Source: Squalus acanthias (lineage: Eukaryota). From it: DNA of 64,000 bases. Position numbers and translations under genes: made by a program. Position 1 is the stretch's first letter, and each line of letters begins with the position of its first letter. Under the pieces are notes generated by a model. That model saw nothing but the letters and a program-made list of their open reading frames with translations. It was not told the DNA's origin and did no database searches. The stretch is from assembly GCA_030390025.1 (NCBI GenBank), contig CM059438.1, forward strand, positions 69,132,001 through 69,196,000, written 5' to 3'. Of the stretch, positions 38,037-50,532 are shown piece after piece.

Positions 38037-38860
38037 AAAAATAACTTGCATTTATACAGCTCTTTTAATGGGAAAAAAAAGAGCCCCAAGCTGCTTTGCA
38101 GAAGGGAAGGGTAATAATGCGGAGCTGAAGTTAACAGAAAGCAAGATCGAAAATAAGGGTTTTGAGAACATTTTTAAAGATGGAGAGGGAAGTGGAGAGG
38201 GAGAGAGGTTTCGGAAGAGAGAAGAACTGTAGCAGCTGAAGGCAAAGATGGGAGGGAATACACCAAAGACAATGGTTGGAGAATCAAAGGGTACAGAAGG
38301 GAGCATAAGGCTTGAATAGGTAGGGGTAGGGGGAGACTATTGAGGAATTTGCATATGAGGGCAAGTATTTCGAATGTAATGGTTTAGGGGGCAGGGAGCC
38401 AGTGCAAATCAGTGAGGACATGGGTAATGAGTAAGCGGGACATGGTGGAACACAAAACGGGTAGCTTAGCTTTGAACAAATTGGAAAGATAGGAAGAAGG
38501 CAAATGGAATGTTTGTGTATTGAATCTAAAGGTAACAAGCACAGGAGTAAGGGTTCTGGAGGTCATGGGGGTGAGACAGAGCAGAGGAGGGCAAGGTTGT
38601 GGAAGTGGAAGTAAACATTGGTGACGGATGGGATGTTGGGTTTGAACCACAACTCTTGATCCAACAGGATGCCAAGGTTCTGCACATCGTGGTTGACCCT
38701 GAGTGTCTGGCAAGGGAGAGGGTGGGGGAGATAGGGGGCGGTGGAGTCAGTGGTGAGGGAACATGACAAGGGAGCAGAGTTTACGGCGGGAAGCCAAAAA
38801 CTATGGCTTTGGTCTTGCCACTGTACAGTTGGAGGAAGTTGAGTGTAATTTACTATTTGA
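38037..38860 (-). mobile_element. Old L2 LINE 3' fragment
   Basis: VQNLGILLDQEL and LTDLHWLP on the minus strand; AACTTGCATTTATA tail. Confidence 0.75.
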
Positions 38861-40345
38861 TATCGGTTCAAATCTATTAAATTGAAATGTTGTGCATCAG
38901 CATTAGATGACCCAATAAAATAGGAACCTCTACTCTGTGATGACTAATTCTGTAGCCAGTTTAATGCTTAATGTTGTCTTCATTCACCAGTGTAAATGTG
39001 GGAATCACAGTCAGTTGACCTTTTCTGAATGCACACGAGCACAAGCTGGGAAGTAACAAGTGTGACCGGGTTACCAGAATGACACATACATTCATTTTCT
39101 TTGAAACTCAGTGCCTATATGATTGCACATGCACAGTGATGCTGTGGATTTCAGAGAACACCAAGGGGACCCAGTATAGATGGTGTAACATGGATAACAC
39201 AATGGGCATGAGTGAGGCAGTGTTAATTAATGCATCCTATTTGGGCTGGCCCAGTGCAACAGATTTGAACTTTAATCTCCTTTGAATCTTGTTTTTTTTT
39301 TCTTTCTCTGGTGTCTATTTGCACTCTTACTCCAAGAGTATAATCTGAAGACAGCCTTTGCAATCCCCAGACCCGTTACAGCAGAGAACTTTAGTGAATC
39401 AAAATATTGTGAGAAAAATAAAAGTGGAAGAAAACCAGAAGAGAGAAGCTGAGCCAGAAAGTATTTTAATGTTCTGTTCTGTTTGGCTTCTTACCAAGAG
39501 ATTCAGTTGTAAATTGCCACAGATTCATGGCCTGAGGCCTTGTTGATTCCCAGATTGACATTATTTCTCAGTAAACTCGACAAATGAATTTTGTCATCGA
39601 GTGTGAATTATAGTGACACCTTCTCCTCAGCGTCTTCTAATTTGCTGGGCAGAGCCAAGCTTATATTTTTAAATGCAGCATGGTGCCGAATACAAGTGGA
39701 TGCATCTCTTGCTGTCGAGGTAAAATGTGAGTTTTCGGCTTGCTTAAAGGGAGCAAAACTGATGAAGAGTGGATGAAAGCTGCAAGGGTCAGCTCACTGC
39801 TGGGAGGAGTTGAAGTAGATCAGAAATTTGAAAAATTAATCTTTGGGATGGTGAATTCGCATAAAGTATCCAATTCTTTAATCTCCGGTATATTGAAGTT
39901 ACAATGTGATGAACCATTGTTAATTGTTCACTTGCAGATGGATTTCTATAACACAGCCACAGCTGATCTCAGACAACGTCCTGTACCGTGCGGTGTGTAG
40001 CCCACTGCACTCTACCAGAGATAAATGAGCTTTGCAAATCTTTTACGAGCTCTTTTGACAGGTTAGTAATGTGAGGAGATTACCATAAGGAATGTCTAAC
40101 CCATGCTAGCATTAAAAACAGTCAATATTAAAATGAAAATATGCCCAGGCATTCTGTTGAGAATGGTTTAAATGTGGCATTGCACCAGGCTGCAGTTGAT
40201 ACGGCATCTGGTACATAGCCCAAGCCCTGTAAGACTGTCCCTTGGATGAAATCCAGCACCTTTGGGGGTTGGTGCACTTAGGAGTCAGGCCTTTGACTTG
40301 AATCTAAAATAGGGGCCAAAATGATGGCAGAACCAGGTTCCACAC

Positions 40346-42062
40346 TGTAGGGGGTGGTGTGGTGGGGTCAGCTTCACCTCTGACTTCAGTGAACGGTTCG
40401 AATTGCTCCCATCCCCTGGTTCTAGACCTTGGACTTATTTGGGGGTCATGAACAAAGGTGCAGTAGACAACAGGTTTTGATGAAAGAACTTTGACTTTTT
40501 ATTCAAGAAAAGGTAAATACAACACAAACAATCTTAAAACATACTTAATACTTAAACACAGGTTGGGGAACACACGGTACAGGCAAGGAAGAATTACAGT
40601 ATACAAAACCCCTTATCCCTCCCAATCCCACTGCCTAGCTAGGTTTGATTCCAGAGGACCAGGGATAATGCTCACCAAATGACAGTTCTTGACAGTTGAG
40701 GTATTTCGCGATTTCGGGGTTCACTGGGGTTTTTGGTTGTTGGGGCCTGCCGTACCCCGGACATGGTAGAAGACTTCAGCTGCACTCCAGGTCAGTTTGG
40801 GTCTGTCCGCTGATGCGGTAAGGTGCGTATGTGGATCTATCAGGTGAGTACCCAATTTTTCGTCGTTAGAGGTAGGGTGTAGAGTTTTTTAATGGAAAAT
40901 CTTACCCAGGGGTAAGTCAGGAATAGTTTGTAGCGTGGAGACTTGCGTGTCTTCGGTTTTTCCTGGTGTTGGTCTTTCGGTGGTCGCGACGGCCTGGTTC
41001 ACACCTGGTTGGTCGGTGGCGTTGTGTTGGTTGGTTCGTGGGGCCTTGGTTGCTGCGAGGCGTTGGGAACCTTTTTCCCAGTGGGGTCCGTCGATGACCC
41101 CCCTTACTGTGGCGTGTTGTCCTTGCATGCCTCGGTACTGTTACTAACTTTAAACTGCCTCTCTGGACAGCCTTGAACTAACTTTTAGTATAGTGTTGTA
41201 ACAAACCGCACGGCTTGAACAGACACCACCACAGTGTCTCTCGGGTTCCTCGTGTCTTCTTGCCCGTGGCTTTAGGCCTGCCTGCCTGCCTTCCGAAGGT
41301 TCTTCTTGTGACTCGTTCCTTGTTGCTTGGCTCTGGTGTCACCCTCGTGTCGTGTGTGTTGATCTAACTTTCTTGTGGGATAGGCCCTCAATTATACTGT
41401 TCAGGTCTATTGTGTTCTTCACGCCAAAACTGTTTTACTAATCGATTTCGCGGTAAAGTGATTTAGGTTTCAGTTGAGGCCTGTTTATCTTCGCGCCAAA
41501 TCTACCCTTCTTTTGTCTTAGGTTTTGGCGGGCTTGTTAAACTGTTCCGGTCGATACTTGGCTAATCGGTTTTTGATGGGATGATGGGCTATGAAACTGT
41601 GTACTGGAAGTTTTATTGTTAGGAATTGTTTTCAGTCTTCCAGCATCCTGTCTGGACCTGGGGATTTCAAAAGGGGTCTTGGTTTATTCATTTTTGAATG
41701 TGTTTGTGATGTTTTGGATGAGGCTCTTCCTCCTTGGTTGGATTGCAGTGCAAACATCTCCCAGACAGCTTGATTTGGTCCCAATACCCAAAAGCTGTCC
41801 ACTGCCTCACCATACCCTTTCCCACAGCCTGTGTTTCTGTGACTGCAGGTTTACCCAATGGCCCTTTTTAAAAGGTATAGTATCATCCAAAGTCATTTTC
41901 CTCAGGGCTTTTCTTCCTTGATCCTTTCAAAATGTCCAAAACTGAGGTTTTGACCTCAAATTCCTTCATTTCGGTCCCACCATTCCAAAATCGTGTTAAG
42001 ATCCAAAAAGCACCCCCTTTAGGGTTCTATTCAAGTTTCTGGGGGATTTTGCGAAGCCTACA
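40346..42062 (-). mobile_element. Solo LTR, copy 2 (1.7 kb)
   Basis: TGTAGG...CCTACA termini, CACAC on both flanks; minus-strand TATAA (41392-41396) and AATAAA (40498-40503). Confidence 0.9.
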
Positions 42063-43231
42063 CACACCACTGGCCAACTCTCATCCAGGAATTCTGTCGG
42101 GATTCCACCTTGTCCCAGAGTTTTGGGCCCATGGACCTCCTGAGCATCTTGCAGGCCAGTTTTGACACCACAATGGATTTGCTCTCCACGTGATGTCAAA
42201 CCGTAGTGGTGTGAAACCACTTCCTTGAGAGAGTCTCGCTCCATTCGGTCCTGTAGTCAGGTTAGGCCCTGACTCCAGCATTTACTCTGCCAGTTTATAG
42301 TCGATGCGAAGCTGAAGTTACATCAGATCGACGCTAAACGTGCAGCGTAAATGCAATGTTGGACTACAGAAGAGATACCAGGCATTTGTTTGCAGCAACT
42401 CGGCCACATTGTGCAGCTCAGTACGCAACAATCTTCAGCTAAATTCTATCAGCTTAGTCTGTGAATGTGGAACATGAAGGGCGCTTGGTGCTTTCTGCAT
42501 CAGTTCCAAGCTCCTGTTCCCTTTTCAGTTACGAATTTAACAATAGTTGTGACTGGCAAAATTCACACTTGTTGATGCATGTTGGTGTGTGACTATAAAT
42601 GAGGGTGAAGTTCAGAGGCCTGATTGCGGCTGTCTTAGAGGTGGCACGTCTTTCTGCTGTGGATGAGTTGGTCACCTGTGTCAGAGCTGGTTGGCCCCTC
42701 TCTCAACATCACTTGTCTCGGTCCCCAATCTGCAATTATCTGTCACAAAACACGTGGTGCAATATATCCGCATGGCAGAATCCTCTCTGAGTTCCTGAGC
42801 AGTCAGTGCATTTTGAGAGAAAGAGGTATCGAAATGTTTTGAAGACAATACAAAGAAGTTATAATGCACCCTATTTTCTGTTAAATGGCAATCTGGCTGA
42901 TGATTAAATGGACAGCTTTTTGCAGCAATAATTCACCAGGCTTGACGATGCCAACTTTAGTGAACAGGAAGTAAACAGTACATACTTCCAGCAATTTCAA
43001 CAAGACAAAAACATCCTCGACTTCTTCTTCGTTATTTGATAATTTAATGCAATATTGACCAGCTAGACTATCAAGAAGTGTGAAGAACAAAGCCAGAAAT
43101 TTAAATGGTGAACCAAAGAAAAATCAGACAACTCGCTTAGTCAAGAGAGAGCCTGAATGAATCTGTTTTCAGCCTATATTATATGACAGTTCATTGTAAG
43201 ATGTGGAACTTTCTTTCTTTCTCGCATTACT

Positions 43232-43396
43232 TGGTCCTGAATTTCCATTGGGCTCTTCCGATCTCCGACCATATCTTTGGTAGGGAGATCAGCAGAACCC
43301 CCATAGAATTGCATAAACGGCCATTTTTAGCCATTTAAGCTGATTCTATGGGGGATCCGCCAATCTCCCACCAGAGACCCCCTGTGCAAATTCCAC
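43232..43396. repeat. Palindromic MITE relic
   Basis: GGGAGATCAGCAGAACCCCCATAGAAT...ATTCTATGGGGGATCCGCCAATCTCCC inverted arms. Confidence 0.55.
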
Positions 43397-45765
43397 GAGG
43401 TTGTCTCGACTGTTGCTTCTCTTCACCCATCTTTCTTCAACTGGAGAGATAGGAATGTAACATCCATGCCATGGGGTTGCATAAGATTGCAATCCAAAAC
43501 TGGTCAGATGATGGTTATACAAGGAATGCCACGTTTCCCCTCCTATGAAGTGCCATTATTGCACCTTGTGGCCCTGTGTACAGCTGATGAGCCAAAGTTG
43601 CCAGATTGAATAATCAAATACCCAAGGGATGTAAACCTGGAATCATTAAATTCTGGTTTCAGCACAGGGCCCAACCCTTCTCCTGACATAATTATGAACC
43701 TTGTCTGTGTGGACGTTATGAATTTGGGTCTGCCTGTGATACCTTTTCCGGTTCAGTAGCATCAGTCGCTCCCATAAGTGTCCTGAGTGACTTAGATTTA
43801 TGGAAGTGAACTCCCTGCCCTCTGTCTACTTGCACGATAGTGTAACACAGTGACATAACAATAGCACCCCCTTGTGACCTGAACTCGATATTTGTGCCAT
43901 TTGCACGTGTGCTTCTGTCTCTGTAGGCTGATTGAGTGATTATTTAGTGAGACAAGACTTGATATGAATTATTAAGCTGCTTTATATCGTAGTGAGTGAA
44001 CACAGAGAGCATTCGATGAGATGAGATTCATTTAATTGAATCAGTACAATTTATCTCCCCGTAGAATACAAAAATATTTAAAAAATACTATGCTTCCCCA
44101 CATCAGTGGGTCATCTTGCTAGACACAAGCTAATTACTAACTACCTCTAGCATTGTATACGTTCTTTTGCTGGGCCTCATTGCTTCACAGTCTCCTCTTT
44201 AAAAACCTGACTTCCTGCAGAGCAACCTGTTTCTAAAAGCTAACTGTCTGTGTTGTTATCTATATTTAATCTCTTGCTTGGGTCAGCAACTCTCCCCCAC
44301 AATAGATGCAAGTTGTTTATCGATTACCGAGGCTAACTAATGAACTGCTTATTATTCACAACATCTAAACTGGCTCATTAGCATCTTAAACTACCTGCTG
44401 TCTCAGAGACTTTTTTTCAAAAAATGTGTGAATAGACTATACTTTAAAATAGAACCTTAAAAGTAATTCTTCTTCCAAATCCTTTCTGTGGAGAAACGGT
44501 CAAAAAATCCTCAAACATGAAAGTGGACAAGGAGTAGGTGATTAGCTGAAGGCCCATCTAAAATCTAAGGTTGGGTACCTTAAGCTCAATCCAGCTCCTA
44601 TCCGTCGAGGAAAGATACAGGCAAATGAAAGTTAAATATTTCCGAGAAAAGCTTTATCCATTAAAAGCTACTGGTCTCAAGGGTACAGTTGCTTCAGTTC
44701 TCAAAACTCTATTGAAGATATTAGTTACTTACTTGCTCATTATTTTCTACAGTCCATTTAGTCAACAGCAGGTAAACTGTATTTTCTTTCAGTAACTTGA
44801 ACTTTCCTGATTTCCGCTCTACTATTTGACGGTTTGGTTGCATTGTTGACAAATTAACTCAGAAGAAATGTATGGAATAAAACTAGAAATTAAATTAATA
44901 AACCATAAAAAACTAACAAAAATTAGACAACTCACGCAATCAAGTTAAACAGTGCTACCACATCTGAGTGGAAAAATGCAAACATTCCTGCCTTTCTGCA
45001 TGAGCGATCAAAGTTGATGTTAATTATGGACTAGTATCCTCATAGCCAATCACATTGAAGCACACTGGAAACTTGAAGGTTCTGCAACAGAGTGTTCTGA
45101 GATTGAGATGCTATCTGAACACCAGTTTTTTTTGAGCAAATTGGTCCGCTTCTGTAGGTCTCAATGTCATGGTCCAGAAATGTAGTAATATTTTTGATGC
45201 CCAACACTAGGTTAGAGCAGTAGCCCTCAACACTTTGAGGGCTTTGAACAGTGACTTTGGGATGAGCTGTTAAATTGGATATGAAATTTCTTCAGGGGAA
45301 GGGCAACACTCGGATCACAATAAATGGATGTCCATTTAATGAACTTGTGGACATAAATCCCACTGCACTTTTTATTTGCAATAGCTCCATGTTCATCTTT
45401 GTTGACAACGCTTTCTCTATATAATGGTTAACTCCCCATCTGAGGTACCGGCAAAAGCTGACATACACAGGCCAACAAGGAGAGACTTGGATAATAAGTC
45501 AATAAATCTGTTTCTTCCTCAATGCCAAGAAGTAATTTTGTGAACCACCATCTTTTGGCATGGTAATTCCAGAATGTAGAATTAAATATCATTGCTCACC
45601 CAAGGTTAGGAGAACTTTTGTTAGACTATTAGAAATCTATGGCCACCCATTAGGAGCTCGCTACAATTTCTTCAAGTCTTTCTGAAATCTTGGCAAGAAC
45701 CAGGCTTGAGTTTTTGAGGAATCTGCCTTTGGTAGGTATACGATAAAATTAGACTTTTTTTTTCC

Positions 45766-46210
45766 TAGGAACATTAGGGACAGGAGTAGGCCATTCAGCC
45801 CCTCAAGCCTGCTCCGCCATTCAATTAGATTATGGCTGATCTACATCTCAACTCCATTTAGCTGCCTTTGCTCTATATACCTTGAAAAGAATCTATCTAT
45901 CTCAGTCTTGAAATTCCAATTGTCCTAGCATCCACAGACATTTGGGGGAGAGTTCCAGACTTACACTACCCTTTGTGTGAAAAAGTGCTTCCTGATTTTG
46001 CTCCTTAATGCCCCAGCTCTAATTTTAAGATTATGTCCCGTTGGTCTTGATTCTCCCATCAAAGGAAATAGTTTCTCTGTATCTACCCTATCAACTCATT
46101 TTAACATTTTAAACACCTCAATCAGAACACTCCTTAATCTTCTATACTCGAGGGAATACAAGCCAAGTTTATGCAACCTGTCCTCGTAGTTTAATCCTTT
46201 AACCTCCGGT
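45766..46210 (-). mobile_element. CR1 3' fragment
   Basis: CAGGAGTAGGCCATTCAGCCCCTCAAGCCTGCTCCGCCATTCAAT 3'UTR and rc RT C-terminus. Confidence 0.85.
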
Positions 46211-47329
46211 CTTCAAAATCAATGGCGGAAAAAAATATCAAATTCGCTAATGTGCCTACAATTGGTGCAACGTGTAAAAAAAATTCTGATGGGTTTTGGC
46301 TCTGTTTCTTGACACACCCAATGGTGGCATGATGGGAGACTGGTCAGTCTGGATGTTAAGCAACACAGATGGTAAAAATGATCACAAACCCAATTTAGCA
46401 AAATCTCCGTTGTGGTTTTCCTCAAACAGAATGGGTTTAAATCTAGATTTTTACATGAGATGGTGTTGGTGGGTTGCAATGCATTTCAAGTCTCTGTATT
46501 TTTGATATCTATTTCTGAGATCTGGCTGGACACTTGAAATTTTGATAATTGCAACAGGTGCTTGGGCTGAACTACACAAGAAATATACCAGTTGACATCC
46601 ATGGTCTTTTATACTCCCTCGAAGGGCAAGTTATTATTCATCTGCACAGCGATTTGTTGCAAAGCAAGTGTAAAGTCCTGAACACAGATTGCTGGCCTTA
46701 TCCTGCCAACAATGAATTAAAAGCAAAGGGTTGGGTAGCATATGCAAATTAGCTTGTGCCTGTCATCTAGTTGAGGTTCATAAAGCCATTACTGATTTGA
46801 TCAGATTTGTTCAACTGGACGACCCCTTTTGATTCTCTGGGTTGAAGTTTAAAGGGTATGAAGGATATAGCTCAGGCTGCATGCTCACAACTCTTAAGTT
46901 CTTCTGGATCCATTGAGATTTAAAACCTGGAGATTTCATGGCGATATATTAATTCTCATGTTTGAGTTTGTGTAACAAATGCTGTCCAGGTTCCATATTA
47001 CTACGAGCATCAGCATTAGCATCGAGTCTTTTATTATTTTTGTATCTGAGGAGGAAATAGAAGTCAAAGGTTCTGCAATCAAGTGAAATCTGCTGTATCG
47101 ATTTTCTACTTACTTTTAATCAAGCTGATTTTCAGTTTATAGTAGAGGCACATGTAGGTAGAGGATTTGTTCTTCCATTGTTTGAAGGTTTGGTCAACAC
47201 GAGAAGACTTGTGTCAATTCAGTGAGCTAACGACAGTAGCATAGGTTTCTGTTCAACCCCTCTAGGCATGCTATATTATCAGATATTCGGGTCGCTGCAA
47301 TTTTTGAGGCCTCAGCCTCGTATACATCG

Positions 47330-47786
47330 AACCGGTGAACTGCACGAGTGTCCCAGTGCAGCTCGCCAGATTATAGTGGGCCAATATCGTCTGCTCTGGC
47401 AGCCGGCAAGGTAAGCGCAGCCCAGATTAATTTTGTGGGGCCTGGAGGAACACTCCAGATCCTCCTGACCCCACGGGAAATTATTTCAAAATTACCTTTG
47501 CTGGGCCTCTTCTCTATCACTTGTGGAGCTGATCAGAGAATGCGCAATGCACACTGCAATCAGTTCACTCCCAAAATGGCACTCGGGATTCTATGGACAT
47601 CGTAGGTCCCCAATTTGCATATTAAAAGGTGTCTAACGCCTGAAGCAGGCAGGCGCTTCAGCCGCCCAGCAGTAGGCCCTGTTCAAAAGGGCGACAGCTG
47701 TAAGGGAGGCGCAAACAAGGTGATAAGTACCGTACCGCCATTTTAACCCAACTTGCACCAGACAGGGCAAGTTAAAATCAGCCCCA
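47330..47786. mobile_element. Harbinger-type MITE fragment
   Basis: Right end AAAATCAGCCCC; ATTTGCATAT and GCCTGAA.CAGGC motifs shared with 28331-29060. Confidence 0.5.
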
Positions 47787-49000
47787 TTGTGGGGATTATA
47801 TCCCTCTGGTTCATCGGGACAAAGGACTCGCTCACAGGAGTGTTCTTTTGGCACTGAGCACATGAGAAATAATCCGGTGAAGCCCAAAAGATGTATATTT
47901 TGCTAAATATTATTGATTTTTAAATGGCTGTGCATGAACGCAGCTTTAAGTTCAATTTGTGAAAGATCACTTGTGCGTTCTCAAAGTATTGCCTGAGGCT
48001 GAGCAGATGATTTTACTGAACTGGAACATGGACAGCTGTACGATTCAGTTATAGTGATTGAGTTGTGTGTCTGACCTGCAATTCATGGGCCTACCATCAT
48101 CCGTGACTCTGCACCTGATTTTTGCATTGGTGATGCGTTCTGCTGCAGAGGAATCCTGCTTCCAGGATGTATGTAAATTGTGCTTGTCTTGTACGTTGCT
48201 AGTCTTGAATTATAAAATCAATATATTTCCTTTTATTTCAATTGTTCCCCTAGATGTGATTGTGTTGTCTGCTGAGTAGGACAGGGCTGAACCTACAACT
48301 TTGAAGAACGTTCAAGGGCGCAGAAGGAACTTTATGAACCAGCTCATATTTCCGCCTGTCTGGTTTGTTGTGATTATATCCTGTCCAATTTTGTCTGCCG
48401 CTAATACAATAAAACACTGCTAGTTGTCAAAAATAACAGCACTGAAAAATTAGCCCCTCGAGCAGTGATTCACTCTGAAGCAGCCACAGAAACCCTGGTC
48501 TGAAAATCATTCTCACTATTCATTTACATTTAAAGGTGTCAACACTGGAAAAATCTTACTGGTAACATTTTTAATCATAAGATTTATACTGAGCTGACAA
48601 CTGGCCCCAGAAACATAATCATTGCTTAACAGAGTAAGACGTGTCTGTCACATGGGCCATGCAGGAGGACTTGGAGGGAGTCATGTTATTTTCTCTCTCA
48701 ACAGCCCACAGTAAAAATCCTCCATTAAAGCAATTGGACCTACACTTTCAATGGAAGGTGTTCAGTATGCTTGAAAATTGCCCCACTTCCATTGCTATCT
48801 GTGGCTTTCCCTCAGTGTCTAGCGAGAGAAAAGAAAGAGAAGGATTGACAAGAACAGTCCTCATCGACAGGAGATCATGAACTCTTATGTAAGTATCCTG
48901 CCAAGTGTGTGAGAGTTGGTCTGACTATGTACATTATAACTCTTGTAGATATAAGCCATTGATATGGATAAGGAATTGGTCAGCGCCATCGGGAAGAGAT

Positions 49001-49435
49001 GAAAGAAAGAAAGAATTGGCATTTATATAGACCTTGGGACATCCCAAAGCACTTTACAGCCAATTAAGTACTTCTGATGCAATATAGGAAACGCGGCAGC
49101 CAAAAATTGCACACAGCAAAGTCAAACAAACAACCATGAAATAAATAAACAGATTATCTGTTTTAGTTGTTGGTTGAGGGATAAATGTTGGCCAGGACAG
49201 TGGGAAAATGCCCTGTTCTTCTTCCAATAGTGCTGTGGGATGTGTGACATCCACCTGAGCGGGGAGACAGGGCCTCGGTTTAATGTCTCATTTGAAAGAC
49301 GGCACCTCCAACAGTGGAGCGCTCCCTCAGCTCTGCACTGGATTGTCGGCCTAGATTTTTGTCTCTGGAGTGGGACTTGACCCACAATCTTCTGACTCAG
49401 AGGTGAGAATGCTACCAACTGAGCTACGGCTGACA
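49001..49435 (-). mobile_element. Full-length Deu-domain tRNA-SINE
   Basis: rc head TGTCAGCCGTAGCTCAGTTGG...GGGTCAAGTCCCAC, Deu core and (GAAA)n tail. Confidence 0.92.
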
Positions 49436-50532
49436 TTGAAGTGGATAAAGAATGAGCAATGGAAGCAGGGAATCAGGCAGGAAACAGGCAGGTTTAGAAA
49501 TGGATGATTTATCATGTCACTCAGAAACGAGCATTGTTTTGTTCTGAAGGGTGGAAGGTTACTCATGTCAAAACTAGTTGGCGGTGATGGGCCCCAAACT
49601 GACTACCAGTATCAAAGCCCAATTATGGCACTTCATATTTCGGTTCGTCTTGCCAACATTTTGAAAGATGGGGCCACTCAAGGGCAGCAGGAAATATCTC
49701 TTCGCATAAGTTCACTGTTCTTTTCCCTAAACTACTGCATCCTGCTGTCATGCTTAATTACAGACTGTGGCTGAGTCACAACAACAAAGGTAGGTAAGTG
49801 TGTTTCTAATGGAGAGTCGAGTTCACAAATGGGACCCTAATCATCATTGGATAAGTTTCGCTTCTCCAAATCAGTGCTGAGTAGGGTTCACTTCAGGTCT
49901 CTTTCTCGGAGTATTTTTGCTGTCTATTTATTTTCTCGGCACCTGGAAACAAATCTTCCTTTCTATAATCCCTTGGAATTAGTTCTGTTGTGTCTTTGTT
50001 GGATGAAAGAAGTTTTTTTTTTAAATACGGGGATTTTTACATGGTCCAATTTCGTTATGAAATGTTTAATTTACCACTTTCTAGAGGCGCAAAAGGATTT
50101 GATGAGTCCGTTGTCAATGAGCATGCAAAAAATACTGACATCACAGGAGGCTTGTCAGTCTGGTAGGGTGAGCGGCGCAGAAGGAAAACAAAAGGACGGT
50201 TCAACCGACTCAGCTGTCCTATCATGCCAGGGCTTGAAGCCCCCTCTCAGGGTGGGCAGGTGCTACGGCTGGATTTCCACAAATGGGTCGGTGCCTCAGA
50301 TTGTCCTCCAAGAATATGAAAATGGTGAAGCATTTCTTTCCTTATTTGCAAGATAGCCTAGAGAGGGAGTGTGAGTGATGTATTATATTTCTACCATAAG
50401 AACAAGGTTCACAGTTCATATCTTGCTTATAAATTTCATCATTGGAAGCAGGGCTGTGATTGGAAATGAGAACCTCGGCAGACAGCATGAGTTAGTTGGG
50501 CATTGGCAGTAATCAACAGTCATGCTCTGTCT

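Noticed and set aside
49847..50356. 169-aa ORF (and similar ORFs at 34726-35160, 35882-36277, 42881-43090, 27250-27465)
   Set aside because: No recognisable domain, mostly non-ATG starts and no convincing flanking splice-site pairs; compatible with chance ORFs.
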